From contig CAZICK010000007.1 of assembly GCA_964537505.1 (NCBI GenBank), forward strand, positions 311 to 64,310: a stretch of DNA of 64,000 nt, given 5' to 3'. The position numbers were made by a program, and so were the translations under genes. A model generated the notes under the pieces. The model was given only the letters and a program-made list of their open reading frames with translations, was not told the DNA's origin and searched no databases. This DNA is from an uncultured Pirellulales bacterium. GTDB lineage: Bacteria > Planctomycetota > Phycisphaerae > Sedimentisphaerales > SM23-30. This document shows, piece after piece, positions 47,056 to 57,429 of the stretch (positions within the stretch are counted from its first letter, which is position 1; every line of letters begins with the position of its first letter).

Positions 47056-48243
47056 ATGAAAATCGCTTATGTATTGGGTTATCTGGCCGAGAAATATGGG
47101 GGAGTTCCGAGGGTGGCTCTAAATGTTGGAGAATCTCTCGATAGAATGGGACATTCCATCTCCTGCTGGGCTACCGGAAACAAGAACGACAAACAGGAAT
47201 TCTCCGATACCCCGTTTCCGGTACATCTGTTCAATACCGCCTGGCCTAAAAGATGGTTTCGCTCACCCGATCTGGTACGAGAACTTTCATCGCAGATCAC
47301 ATCCTTCGATCTCCTACACATGCACGGAACCTGGAACCATCCCGTTTATAGTGGAATCAAAATCGCCTCTAAAACCGGGATGCCCTGCCTTTTAACGCCA
47401 CATGGCACCTTTCAACCCTGGAGCTTTGCTAAAAAAAGGCTAAAAAAGAAACTATACCTTACCCTTCTTGGCAGAAAAATGTTTAAGGCGGTCGCATGCC
47501 TGCATGCGGTAACCTCCCGCGAGGCCCAACACTTTCGCATGGCCGGATATCGGGGACCGATCACCGTTATTCCAAACGGAGTGGATGTGGAGGAAAACAC
47601 GCAATTGCCTGACCGAACCGAAGCCCAAAATCGCCGCCCGCAACTGAAAGATCGACCGATAGTGCTGTTTATGTCACGTCTAAGCCCGGAAAAAGGGTTG
47701 GATCAACTGATTCCAGTCTGGTCGGAGTTGGTCAGAACCCCCGCCTATAGGGACGCATTGCTTGTCATTGCTGGTCCAGACAGTCGTGGTTATAAGAAAG
47801 TGATCGATGGGATGATCGATAAATATGGTTTGGCTTCAAAAATCCTTTTGACAGGTATGGTAACAGGTCGCGATAAATTAGCACTGTTGAGACGGGCTGA
47901 CGTTTTTGTGCTGCCGTCCTATTCCGAAAACTTTGGGATCGTTGTAGCAGAGGCATTGGCTTGTGGAACACCCGTTATCACCACTACAGGCACGCCCTGG
48001 AAGCAGTTGCAGGATGTTGACGCGGGACGCTGGGTGCCGCCGAGAGAAGCCGAGTTGGCTCAAGCTCTTCGAGAACTGTTAAATATGTCACGGTCGGAAC
48101 GTGTGGCAATGGGGCAAAGAGGGCAGGATTTGATCCAGGAGAATTATGCTTGGGATAGAATTGTGAAAAAGTATCTGACAGTATATGATTGTATCCTAAG
48201 TGGAAAGTCTATACCGCTTTATCCGGAGCCAAGTATCGAATGA
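47056..48243 (+). CDS. Glycosyltransferase family 1/4
   Basis: 'VFVLPSYSENFGIVVAEALACGTPVITT'. Confidence 0.85.
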   Translation: MKIAYVLGYLAEKYGGVPRVALNVGESLDRMGHSISCWATGNKNDKQEFSDTPFPVHLFNTAWPKRWFRSPDLVRELSSQITSFDLLHMHGTWNHPVYSGIKIASKTGMPCLLTPHGTFQPWSFAKKRLKKKLYLTLLGRKMFKAVACLHAVTSREAQHFRMAGYRGPITVIPNGVDVEENTQLPDRTEAQNRRPQLKDRPIVLFMSRLSPEKGLDQLIPVWSELVRTPAYRDALLVIAGPDSRGYKKVIDGMIDKYGLASKILLTGMVTGRDKLALLRRADVFVLPSYSENFGIVVAEALACGTPVITTTGTPWKQLQDVDAGRWVPPREAELAQALRELLNMSRSERVAMGQRGQDLIQENYAWDRIVKKYLTVYDCILSGKSIPLYPEPSIE

Positions 48244-49463
48244 GTTTAAAGGTTTGTTATCTTCTGCCTCGACTACTTCTGGGAGAATCCGGAATTGTCA
48301 TTGGGGCCGCCGCCGCAAATTGCGTTTCCCTGGCCTTCGAATTAAGGCAACAGGGGATACAGATAGAGATACTGGCGCCCGTTCCGGAAAAGAGTTTGGA
48401 ATATCTGTCTCGTCATCCTGTCGGAGAGATCGTCAGGCCGTTGCAAACTATTGGCACAGGTCTGGTCGGAAAAGCCATTAGTGCCGTTTGCTCGTTGCGC
48501 CACAATCTCAAAAAACGATTGCGAGAAATCCACTACGATGTTGTGCATTGTCACTCAGGAACTTATCCCTATGCGATTGTACCTTTAGCTGCCAACCAAG
48601 GCTCTATTGTTCGGCTTTACTCGCTGTATTGCCCTTTAGGCACAAGCGGCGGACTTTACGGCCAGTGGTGGGAAAAGTCGCTATCCGCAAAACTCCTTTT
48701 TAACAGGCTTGATAAAGTCATCGCAGTGACAAGTAATGTTCGCCGGTCTATAGAGAAGGCTGGAATATTACCCGAAAAAATTGAGTTAATCCCGATGTCT
48801 GTGGACTCGCGACGCTTCCGCCCCATGATGGAGCAAAAAAGTAGCGTTTACTTCCCTGAAGAATCGAAGGGGGCCAGAATCCTTTTTGTCGGCAACGCCT
48901 CGAAGGAAAAGGGGTTGGTTGAATTGCTTGAGGCTGTCCGGCTTCTTCTTCAGAAGGGATTTTCCCCTTATCTTGTAGCGACTATTGAGAATGCCAGCGA
49001 GATCGAGGAATATGCAGGCAGATATGATTACATTAAGGGGCTTGTTGACAAACTGGGACTCGCCCATAATGTTCGAATACTCGGTTTGGTCGATTGTATT
49101 GAAAACCTCTATGCGGAATCCGACCTTGTTGTTTTCCCATGGAATACCACCAGGGGGCCTTGTGATCATCCGATGGTTGCGCTGGAAGCCATGGCAATGG
49201 GAAAGTGTATTGTATCGACTCCTGTCGGAGGGTGCCCGGAGTTGCTGTTAGGAGGTAAAGCTGGAATATTAACGGATGGATTCTCCAGTGAATCCATTGC
49301 CAATGCCATCGAGTACACCATTAACCACCCCGAGATTTTAAGACAGAGAGGTCAGACTGCACTGGAGACAGCAAATAATTTCTCAGTGGAAAAAAACGGA
49401 AAGCGCATGATAAATCTGTATGAGCGATTACTGAAAGGGAAGGTTCGGCGCAATGAACAGTGA
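48240..49463 (+). CDS. Glycosyltransferase family 1/4
   Basis: The start ATG 48240 overlaps the upstream stop (ATGA). 'LVVFPWNTTRGPCDHPMVALEAMAMGKCIVSTPVGG'. Confidence 0.75.
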   Translation: MSLKVCYLLPRLLLGESGIVIGAAAANCVSLAFELRQQGIQIEILAPVPEKSLEYLSRHPVGEIVRPLQTIGTGLVGKAISAVCSLRHNLKKRLREIHYDVVHCHSGTYPYAIVPLAANQGSIVRLYSLYCPLGTSGGLYGQWWEKSLSAKLLFNRLDKVIAVTSNVRRSIEKAGILPEKIELIPMSVDSRRFRPMMEQKSSVYFPEESKGARILFVGNASKEKGLVELLEAVRLLLQKGFSPYLVATIENASEIEEYAGRYDYIKGLVDKLGLAHNVRILGLVDCIENLYAESDLVVFPWNTTRGPCDHPMVALEAMAMGKCIVSTPVGGCPELLLGGKAGILTDGFSSESIANAIEYTINHPEILRQRGQTALETANNFSVEKNGKRMINLYERLLKGKVRRNEQ

Positions 49464-50217
49464 ATCAAAATCTGACAAGGCAGATTACTTACTGTACGAA
49501 AAAACCGCCAAGACATACGACCGCCAACGATTTACCGGAAGGGCCGGGGAATGGGGGCATAATCGACAGATTTCAATACTGCAAAGCCTGGCTCAGGATT
49601 GGCAAGACAAAAAGGTACTGGAAATAGGATGTGGGACGGGTAGAATAACCGAGGTTCTCGCTCGCTGGGGAGCTGATGTCACTGCTACAGATATAAGCGA
49701 AGAAATGCTGAAAGTCGCGCAAACACGCTTCAGCAGTGACCGGGAGCTTCCGATGCCAAAATTTCGAGTTATGTCGGTATTTGATATCGATATGGATTTG
49801 CAGGAATATGATTATGTGATAATGGTGAATGTCCTGGGGCGTCTCTCACACGCTCGCGAGGCAATTCGGAAAATATCTTTGAACATATCTAAAACATGCA
49901 GGTTTGTCTTCACGTTTCCTTCTCTCACAAGCATTTTGCTGCCGTTTGGCCTCACGGTCAATCTTCGTGGCAAAAGTCTTGCTCGTGATGTGACATCGCA
50001 CTGGTACACGCCAAAAACAATTGAAAAATATTGCAACGATGCGGGCCTTGTAATTGTTGGATGGCGTGGAAACCACTATGTTCCAGTCCCCCGCTTACTT
50101 TTCCCGACACTTCCATTGTTTTGGATATGCGACAAATGCCTCGCTAAATCTTTCCCTAAGAAATGCCCAAGTGTTTTTGTTGTGTCCAGGCTTTGGTCAG
50201 CAGATAGGCCCGGTTAA
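49453..50217 (+). CDS. Class I SAM-dependent methyltransferase
   Basis: 'VLEIGCGTGRITEVL' and 'YDYVIMVNVLGRL'. Overlaps the upstream stop. Confidence 0.8.
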   Translation: MNSESKSDKADYLLYEKTAKTYDRQRFTGRAGEWGHNRQISILQSLAQDWQDKKVLEIGCGTGRITEVLARWGADVTATDISEEMLKVAQTRFSSDRELPMPKFRVMSVFDIDMDLQEYDYVIMVNVLGRLSHAREAIRKISLNISKTCRFVFTFPSLTSILLPFGLTVNLRGKSLARDVTSHWYTPKTIEKYCNDAGLVIVGWRGNHYVPVPRLLFPTLPLFWICDKCLAKSFPKKCPSVFVVSRLWSADRPG

Positions 50218-50239
50218 TCTGTGTTCTTGGAAACGGATA

Positions 50240-51670
50240 ATGGACTTGCCCATGAAGATAGCATTAATCAAACTTCCAGCCACTTATGCTGATTGGTATA
50301 AACAGCCGGCCCTGGGCATAGCGTATATAAGTGCCTGTCTCGAATCAAAAGGTTTTGATTGTAGAATATTCGATGCCTATTTCCATTCCTGGTCGCAAGA
50401 TGAATTGATATGCCGCGTCAAAGATTATAATCCTGATGTGATTGGCGTAACGGCAATGACGCACGAAATTAACCAGGCCGCCCGGGTCGCGGCCGAACTC
50501 AAATCGCTGCTGAACGTTCCAATAGTACTCGGAGGATGCCACGTAACCGCGTTGCCGGCCAAAACACTGGAAGAGTTCCCGGTTTTCGACTTTGGCATCT
50601 GTGGAGAGGGAGAACATACCACCATTGAACTGATGGAATTCCTACAGCAAAAAAGTTCGGCGTCACAACTTGATAATATCAAGGGTATTGTTTTCCGTAA
50701 GCAGGAGCAGGTAATAGTCAACGAAGCACGCCCGTTTATGACCTCCGCCGAGTTGGACGCTTTGCCATGCCCGGCTATGCATCACTACTATTTGGACAAC
50801 CCCCAGGCATTGGCGGCGCGAGATTCCTATTATGTTATGTTTAGCAGCAGGGGCTGTCCCTACAATTGCGCGTTCTGTATGCAGGTGCTGGGTAGAAAGG
50901 TCAGGCGAAGATCACCATTGCGCATTCTTCAGGAGATGGAATATGCTATTGAGCATTTCGGTGCTCATACGTTCAATTTTGCCGACGAAATCTTTCTGTT
51001 CGATAACCGGCAAACACGGGAACTGTTGGAATTATTTATCGAAAAAAACATTCCGGGGCGGATCAAATGGAGCGCCTTGACTCGTGCCAATTTTGTCAAT
51101 TCCGAGTTCATCGTTCTGGCCAAAAAAGCTGGCTGCTACAGCCTGGAAATGGGAGTCGAATCCGGAGACGACGAAATATTGAAAACCATCGACAAGGCAA
51201 TAACCGTTGAACAAGTCGAGCGGGCAGTCAAAATCATAAAGGATGCGGGAATTACGCTTGGCACCTACTATATTCTTGGACATCCGGGAGAAACACTCGA
51301 AACAGTGAAGAAGACATCGAACCTGGCGGTGAACCTGAATACTGATTTTATCGCCATAGGATTAATGGTGCCCTATCCCGGCACCCGAATCTTCGATTTG
51401 GCATTGCAGGGCAGGTACGGCTACCGCCTGCTCTCGCAGGACTGGAGCCAATACGATAAATACGGAGGGAAGGTGCTGGAAATCGAGGGTCTGCCTTACA
51501 GGCAATTATTGAAGTGGCAGAAAAAAACGCTCTTGAATTTATATCTGAAAAACTTCAGACTTATTGATTGCTTTAAGTTCTTTTGGAAAAGGCGGAAAGC
51601 ACTGTGCTTTATGATTAAGAAAAAGATGGGCATCAAAAGGCTTCTTGACCCGCGAGCGAACCCTGCGTAA
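50240..51670 (+). CDS. B12-binding-domain radical SAM protein
   Basis: N-terminal Rossmann-like 'IALIKLP...LGIAYISACLESKGFDCRIFDA...DVIGVTAM', then the radical SAM cluster motif 'SSRGCPYNCAFC'. Start is ATG 50240 or 50252. Confidence 0.85.
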   Translation: MDLPMKIALIKLPATYADWYKQPALGIAYISACLESKGFDCRIFDAYFHSWSQDELICRVKDYNPDVIGVTAMTHEINQAARVAAELKSLLNVPIVLGGCHVTALPAKTLEEFPVFDFGICGEGEHTTIELMEFLQQKSSASQLDNIKGIVFRKQEQVIVNEARPFMTSAELDALPCPAMHHYYLDNPQALAARDSYYVMFSSRGCPYNCAFCMQVLGRKVRRRSPLRILQEMEYAIEHFGAHTFNFADEIFLFDNRQTRELLELFIEKNIPGRIKWSALTRANFVNSEFIVLAKKAGCYSLEMGVESGDDEILKTIDKAITVEQVERAVKIIKDAGITLGTYYILGHPGETLETVKKTSNLAVNLNTDFIAIGLMVPYPGTRIFDLALQGRYGYRLLSQDWSQYDKYGGKVLEIEGLPYRQLLKWQKKTLLNLYLKNFRLIDCFKFFWKRRKALCFMIKKKMGIKRLLDPRANPA

Positions 51671-51699
51671 CTCTCAGGACAATACTCGAAAAGACAAAC

Positions 51700-52965
51700 A
51701 TGTCAGATACCAAAAACTGCCAAAAACCACCTGAACTACTGCTGCTATGCCAACTGTTTTATCCGGAACTTATCTCCACCGGACAAACGCTCACAGAATT
51801 ATGCGAGGAACTGACTGCCAGGGGAATGCGTATAGAAGTAGTTTGCGGCCCGCCCACAATTATGGATCGGAACTCAAAAATCCCCCGACACATAGACCAT
51901 CGGGGCATTCGTATAACCCGCGTGTGGGGCACACGATTCCCCAAACTTAATTTACCGGGTAGAATAATCAACCAGATTACATTTGCCGTATCGGTTTTCT
52001 TCTACCTGTTATTCGACCGCTCGAAACGGCCTGTCATGGTCCTTACCAATCCGCCATTTTTGGCCGTTTCCTGTGCACTGTTGAGAACCCTCAGAATAGG
52101 CAACCCTTACATCTATCTGATTTTCGATGTATATCCCGACACTGCCGTCCATCTGGGCCTGCTGAAAAAAAGAGGACTTCTGACCCGAATCTGGAACCGC
52201 ACTAACGCCTTTGTCTTCAAACATTCCGCCGCTATTATCGTTATTGGAAGATGTATGCGGGACGTGATCGCTGCCAAAATCAAATCCCACGAACGCAATG
52301 GCGAAAAAATTCACAATATCCACGTATGGAGCGACGATCGGTTGATACTATCCGCCAGGGGCAAACCAAACCCGTTTCTGGAAAAATGGAACCTCAAAGA
52401 CAAGTTCGTTGTCGGCTATTTCGGCAACATGGGCCGTTTCCACGACCTGGAAACTATCATGGAGGCCGCCAAAATCCTGAAAGAACAGGAAGATATTGTC
52501 TTTCTGTTTGTTGGTGAGGGCCAGAAAAAACAATACGCGATGGACTTCACCGCTAAATGGCACTTGACCAATTGCAGGTTCCATACCTACGTTGACCGGG
52601 AAAATCTGGGCTTTTCACTATCTACTGCGAACCTCAGCCTTGTATCCTTGTCCGCCGGCCAGGAGGGCCTTTCCGTACCTTCCAAAACTTTCGCATCAAT
52701 GGCCGCCGGCGTTCCAATTATCGCGATCATGTCCCCAAAATCAGAAATTGCTCGAATCGTCGTCGAAAACAAATGTGGACTTGTCGTAGAACTCGATGAC
52801 CACGAAGAATTGGCAAATACCATCTTAAGTCTTTATCATAACCGGAAAAAATTGAAAATAATGGGCGATAAGGCAAGACGGGCGATCGATACCAAATACA
52901 ACCTTCGCTCTGCCGCCCAGGCTTATTATGAGCTAATTGCTAACGTTAATCACCGACCATCATAG
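51700..52965 (+). CDS. Glycosyltransferase family 1/4 (WcaI-like)
   Basis: 'LLLCQLFYPELISTGQTLTELCEEL' N-terminus, 'GYFGNMGRFHDL', 'VPSKTFASMAAGVPIIAI'. Confidence 0.8.
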   Translation: MSDTKNCQKPPELLLLCQLFYPELISTGQTLTELCEELTARGMRIEVVCGPPTIMDRNSKIPRHIDHRGIRITRVWGTRFPKLNLPGRIINQITFAVSVFFYLLFDRSKRPVMVLTNPPFLAVSCALLRTLRIGNPYIYLIFDVYPDTAVHLGLLKKRGLLTRIWNRTNAFVFKHSAAIIVIGRCMRDVIAAKIKSHERNGEKIHNIHVWSDDRLILSARGKPNPFLEKWNLKDKFVVGYFGNMGRFHDLETIMEAAKILKEQEDIVFLFVGEGQKKQYAMDFTAKWHLTNCRFHTYVDRENLGFSLSTANLSLVSLSAGQEGLSVPSKTFASMAAGVPIIAIMSPKSEIARIVVENKCGLVVELDDHEELANTILSLYHNRKKLKIMGDKARRAIDTKYNLRSAAQAYYELIANVNHRPS

Positions 52966-52975
52966 GAGACTAATC

Positions 52976-54001
52976 ATGAAACAGGCTTTAGTTTGTGGCG
53001 CAGGAGGCTTCATAGGATCTCACTTGGCAAAAAGGCTCAAAGAAGAAGGATTTTGGATAAGGGGCGTGGACCTGAAATATCCCGAATTCGGCTCCATAGC
53101 GGCCGATGATTTCGTCATAGGGGATCTGCGCGACCCGGTACTCTGCAGGGACGTAACCGATCGACCATTCGATGAGGTCTATCAATTGGCTGCCGATATG
53201 GGCGGCGCCGGATACATCTTCACCGGTGAGCACGACTCCGAAGTCATGCACAATTCCGCGATGATAAACCTCAACATGGTTGATATATGCTCCAAAATCG
53301 GGGTCAAAAAGATTTTTTATTCCTCGTCCGCCTGTATTTATCCCGAATACAATCAGATGGACCCCGACAATCCAAAGTGTTCGGAAAATTCCGCTTATCC
53401 AGCCGCTCCGGACAGCGAATACGGATGGGAAAAACTCTTTAGCGAACGCATGTATTTGGCCTATCACAGAAATAACGGCTTAAACGTCCGCATCGCTCGG
53501 TTCCACAATATATTTGGCCCGCAGGGATCATGGAACAACGGCAAAGAAAAGGCGCCCGCCGCTCTGTCCCGCAAGGTTGCCGAGGCCGAAATCGGAGGTA
53601 AAATCGAAATGTGGGGCGACGGCAAACAAACACGTTCTTTCCTCTACATAGACGAATGCCTGGACGGCATTCGCAGACTGATGGACTCGGATCTCATAGC
53701 CCCCGTCAACATCGGCTCGGAAGAGATGATATCTATTAATGGCCTGGCCGAAATGATTATGGACATCGCCAACAAAAAACTGAGCATAAAACACATCAAT
53801 GGTCCCCTCGGCGTTCGCGGCAGAAACTCCGACAACGCATTCATTTACGAAAAGCTTGGCTGGAAACCCACCAGACCGCTCAGGGAAGGAATGACAAAAA
53901 CCTACCACTGGATAGAGCAACAGGTAAAAGACAGCCGATCCCAGCCGGCTAGAATCGAAACGATTCGTCCACTCGGCAGAAGAAGACTACTAAAGACATA
54001 A
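52976..54001 (+). CDS. GDP-mannose 3,5-epimerase (GME-like extended SDR)
   Basis: Block-by-block resemblance to plant and bacterial GME: 'CGAGGFIGSHLAKRLK', 'LAADMGGAGYI', 'SSACIYPEY', 'RFHNIFGPQGSWNNGKEKAPAALSRK', 'EMWGDGKQTRSFLYIDEC', 'GPLGVRGRNSDN'. AGGAG RBS before ATG 52976. Confidence 0.8.
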   Translation: MKQALVCGAGGFIGSHLAKRLKEEGFWIRGVDLKYPEFGSIAADDFVIGDLRDPVLCRDVTDRPFDEVYQLAADMGGAGYIFTGEHDSEVMHNSAMINLNMVDICSKIGVKKIFYSSSACIYPEYNQMDPDNPKCSENSAYPAAPDSEYGWEKLFSERMYLAYHRNNGLNVRIARFHNIFGPQGSWNNGKEKAPAALSRKVAEAEIGGKIEMWGDGKQTRSFLYIDECLDGIRRLMDSDLIAPVNIGSEEMISINGLAEMIMDIANKKLSIKHINGPLGVRGRNSDNAFIYEKLGWKPTRPLREGMTKTYHWIEQQVKDSRSQPARIETIRPLGRRRLLKT

Positions 54002-54123
54002 CCACGCCACCGGCCGGCCTTCCCTCGTGTTTTTTCCCGTCCGACAATACGCCAAAGTTGGCGAATTGCGACTGGTTTTGCCGACAATGACAATAGTTGT
54101 GTTGATGTTAAGGAAAATTATAA

Positions 54124-55254
54124 ATGAACATTCTTATATGCGGCAGTTCAGGCTTCATCGGAACACACCTGGTCAAACTGCTGGCGGACAATGGACACGA
54201 AATTACAGGCCTGGACCTGAATATGCCGCAAACTTATGCGGGACTTAGCGATTTCTATCAGGGTGATATCCTGGAAAAACAGGATATTCGTCCCGCTTTA
54301 CGCGGCACGGATTGCGTAATCAACCTGGCCGCCAGGCACAGCGATTTTGGTATTACCCGCCGGGAGTACTTTGAAACAAACGAGACCGGAAGCAGACGAC
54401 TTCTCGAATGTATGACTGACGCTCGCGTTGACAAGTACATATTCTTCAGTTCCGTAGCTGTGTATGGCGATCATCCGGAGGAGGCCGATGAAACCACCCT
54501 ACCGAGGCCGACCAGTCACTATGGCGATTCTAAGGTCGCCGCCGAAAACGTAACTCGCCAATGGGCCAGGGCAAACACTCGAAGGTCTGTTGTGATAATC
54601 AGACCCACACTGGTCTTTGGACCGGGCAATACTGCCAATATGTACAGCCTCATCCGCCAGATCGACCGCGGACAATTTTTTCACTTCGGCTCCGGTCGTG
54701 CAATCAAAAGTCTTTGTTACGTGGAAAATCTCACGGAGGCTACTGACTTTTGCCTCGACCGAATGGCCCCTGGCGTTGCCACATTCAACTACGTGGACAA
54801 GAAAGACCTCGAAGTCAACCAGATGATAGATATTATTTCCGGATCATTGAACAAAAAAGTCCCATCGGTTCATTTGCCTTTATGGTTGGGCCTGGGAATT
54901 GGGCGGGTATTTGACCTCGCCTCGAAACTGACCGGCAGAAACCTGGCGGTTTCCTCCGCACGTGTGAAAAAACTGACCACTCCAACAAGATTCGCCGCTG
55001 GGCTCATCAGAGACTGTGGTTTCCTCCCTCGATACTCCTTGAAAGAAGGCTTGCAAAACATGGTTGACTGGTACACAAACCGCCTCTACGGACGCCCGGA
55101 CTTGGCCGAACAGTTTCAAAAAATATCACAAACTTTACTTGATAAAGATATTGTATTCGATGTCCCACTTATGGTACAATTCCCAGGCCCTGTTGAGATC
55201 ACTGAATATATGCCCAGCCAACCATTGGCAGCGGTGGAAAGGATAGCCAAATGA
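54124..55254 (+). CDS. NAD-dependent nucleotide-sugar epimerase/dehydratase (extended SDR)
   Basis: '[18 protein letters not shown]' and catalytic 'YGDSK'. Substrate not inferable. Confidence 0.65.
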   Translation: MNILICGSSGFIGTHLVKLLADNGHEITGLDLNMPQTYAGLSDFYQGDILEKQDIRPALRGTDCVINLAARHSDFGITRREYFETNETGSRRLLECMTDARVDKYIFFSSVAVYGDHPEEADETTLPRPTSHYGDSKVAAENVTRQWARANTRRSVVIIRPTLVFGPGNTANMYSLIRQIDRGQFFHFGSGRAIKSLCYVENLTEATDFCLDRMAPGVATFNYVDKKDLEVNQMIDIISGSLNKKVPSVHLPLWLGLGIGRVFDLASKLTGRNLAVSSARVKKLTTPTRFAAGLIRDCGFLPRYSLKEGLQNMVDWYTNRLYGRPDLAEQFQKISQTLLDKDIVFDVPLMVQFPGPVEITEYMPSQPLAAVERIAK

Positions 55255-56276
55255 CCAAAAAAACTCTTGTCACCGGCATTACCGGGCAGGATGGCAGCTA
55301 CCTGGCGGAACTCCTTCTCTCAAAGGGTTATGAAGTGCATGGCCTGATCCGCAGGTCGAGCTCGTTCAACACTCAGCGCATTGACCACCTCTACCAGGAT
55401 CCGCACGAAACCTCCGCTCGCTTGTTTCTTCACTACGGCGACATGACCGACGGCATCGGTATTCGGGAGGTGCTTACCCGCGTTCAGCCCGACGAGGTGT
55501 ACAACCTTGCCGCCCAGTCGCATGTCCACGTCAGTTTCCATCAGCCCGTTTATACCGCTCAGGTGGGAGCCATTGGCACCATTCGTCTGCTGGAGGCCAT
55601 TCGCGATACCGGGATAAATATCCGTTTCTATCAGGCCTCCTCCAGCGAAATGTTCGGACAGGCAATCGAAACTCCCCAGTCCGAAAAAACACCTTTTCAC
55701 CCACGCAGTCCTTACGGTTGCTCGAAGGTTTACAGTTATTGGCAGACCATTAATTATCGTGAAAGTTATGATATGTTCTGCTGTAACGGCATACTATTCA
55801 ATCACGAATCGCCGCGACGCGGTGAAACTTTTGTCAGCCGAAAAATAACACGCGCCGCCACACGCATCAAGGAAGGGCTACAGAAAAAACTCTACCTCGG
55901 CAATCTCGACGCCAAACGAGACTGGGGATTTACAGGTGATTACGTCGAGGCCATGTGGCTTATGTTGCAGGCCGACAAACCGGACGATTACATAATCGCC
56001 ACTGGCCAAACACATTCGATACGCGAGTTTCTTGACCTGGCTTTTGCTCGACTTGAGATGGACTGGCACGATTATGTCGAAGTTGACCCTCGTTATTTCA
56101 GACCGGCCGAAGTCGATGTCCTGCAGGGCGACGCCTCAAAGGCCAAAAAACTGCTCAACTGGCAGCCCAAAGTCAATTTCGAACAACTCGTTGCTATGAT
56201 GATCGACGCCGACTTGGCTCTGGCCAGACAGGAACGCGTCCTGGCGGAACACAACGCCAAAAATCTTCCTGACTGA
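55251..56276 (+). CDS. gmd: GDP-mannose 4,6-dehydratase
   Basis: '[43 protein letters not shown]', '[11 protein letters not shown]', 'SPYGCSKVY', '[15 protein letters not shown]'. Confidence 0.92.
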   Translation: MTKKTLVTGITGQDGSYLAELLLSKGYEVHGLIRRSSSFNTQRIDHLYQDPHETSARLFLHYGDMTDGIGIREVLTRVQPDEVYNLAAQSHVHVSFHQPVYTAQVGAIGTIRLLEAIRDTGINIRFYQASSSEMFGQAIETPQSEKTPFHPRSPYGCSKVYSYWQTINYRESYDMFCCNGILFNHESPRRGETFVSRKITRAATRIKEGLQKKLYLGNLDAKRDWGFTGDYVEAMWLMLQADKPDDYIIATGQTHSIREFLDLAFARLEMDWHDYVEVDPRYFRPAEVDVLQGDASKAKKLLNWQPKVNFEQLVAMMIDADLALARQERVLAEHNAKNLPD

Positions 56277-56315
56277 CACAATGACAGCCCGATTTGTTCC
56301 AAAGGACACTTACCA

Positions 56316-57269
56316 ATGCTCAAGCTCGACTGTGAACGCATTGTCATTACCGGGGGAGATGGTTTTCTCGGCCGGCATCTACAGCAGCAGCTCTTACACA
56401 GTGGCCTCAAAAAAGAAAACCTCCTCATACCACGCATTGAACAATACGACCTTACGAGTGAATCCGCTGTCACCGCCATGTACCGTGACATGCAGCCCAC
56501 CGTTGTAATTCACCTGGCTGCCGAGGTAGGCGGTATCGGCGCCAATCAGGCCAATCCCGGCCGATTCTTTTATGCCAACATGGCTATGGGAATGCACCTG
56601 ATCGAACATGCACGCCTCTACGGCCTGAAAAAATTCGTACAGGCAGGTACCATTTGCGCCTATCCAAAGTTCACCCCGGTACCATTCCAGGAGAAAAACC
56701 TCTGGAACGGCTATCCTGAGGAGACCAACGCCCCTTACGGTATCGCCAAAAAAGCCCTATTGGTTATGCTCCAGGCTTATCGTCAGCAGTATAACCTTAA
56801 CGGCATATATCTGTTGCCCGTCAACCTGTACGGCCCAGGCGACAATTTCGACCTTCAGACCAGTCATGTCATCCCAGCTATGATCCGAAAATTCTGCCAT
56901 GCCGTCGATACCGACGCACAGGAAGTTATCCTTTGGGGTACCGGCTCAGCCAGCCGCGAGTTCCTTTATGTCGAAGACGCCGCCCGCGCAATCACCCTCG
57001 CCACCACCAACTACGACGGCCAAAAACCGGTCAACCTTGGCTCCGGCTTTGAAATCACCATTAAGAACCTCGCCGAAAAAATAAAATCCATCACCGGCTT
57101 CCAGGGACGCATAACCTGGGACACCTCCAAACCCGACGGTCAGCCACGCCGCTGCCTCGACGTCACACAGGCCAAAAACCTCTTCAACTTCACCGCCGCG
57201 ACACCTTTCGACCTGGGCCTCGAACAAACCATCGACTGGTGGCGACTACAACAACCAAATCAGCCCTGA
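56316..57269 (+). CDS. fcl: GDP-L-fucose synthase (GDP-4-keto-6-deoxymannose 3,5-epimerase/4-reductase)
   Basis: '[24 protein letters not shown]', '[10 protein letters not shown]', '[25 protein letters not shown]', '[17 protein letters not shown]'. Confidence 0.88.
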   Translation: MLKLDCERIVITGGDGFLGRHLQQQLLHSGLKKENLLIPRIEQYDLTSESAVTAMYRDMQPTVVIHLAAEVGGIGANQANPGRFFYANMAMGMHLIEHARLYGLKKFVQAGTICAYPKFTPVPFQEKNLWNGYPEETNAPYGIAKKALLVMLQAYRQQYNLNGIYLLPVNLYGPGDNFDLQTSHVIPAMIRKFCHAVDTDAQEVILWGTGSASREFLYVEDAARAITLATTNYDGQKPVNLGSGFEITIKNLAEKIKSITGFQGRITWDTSKPDGQPRRCLDVTQAKNLFNFTAATPFDLGLEQTIDWWRLQQPNQP

Positions 57270-57429
57270 CCTTCCATTTCCCAAACCAAACGCCTGCCAT
57301 GGTTTATACTGCCACGAAACAGCTTGCCTTATAAACTCCTTCCGATATAATAAGCAATACACAGGAAAAAGTGCGACACATAAAACCGCGTAAGCGAAAT
57401 CGCACATCAAAACGATTGAGTCTTTACTT

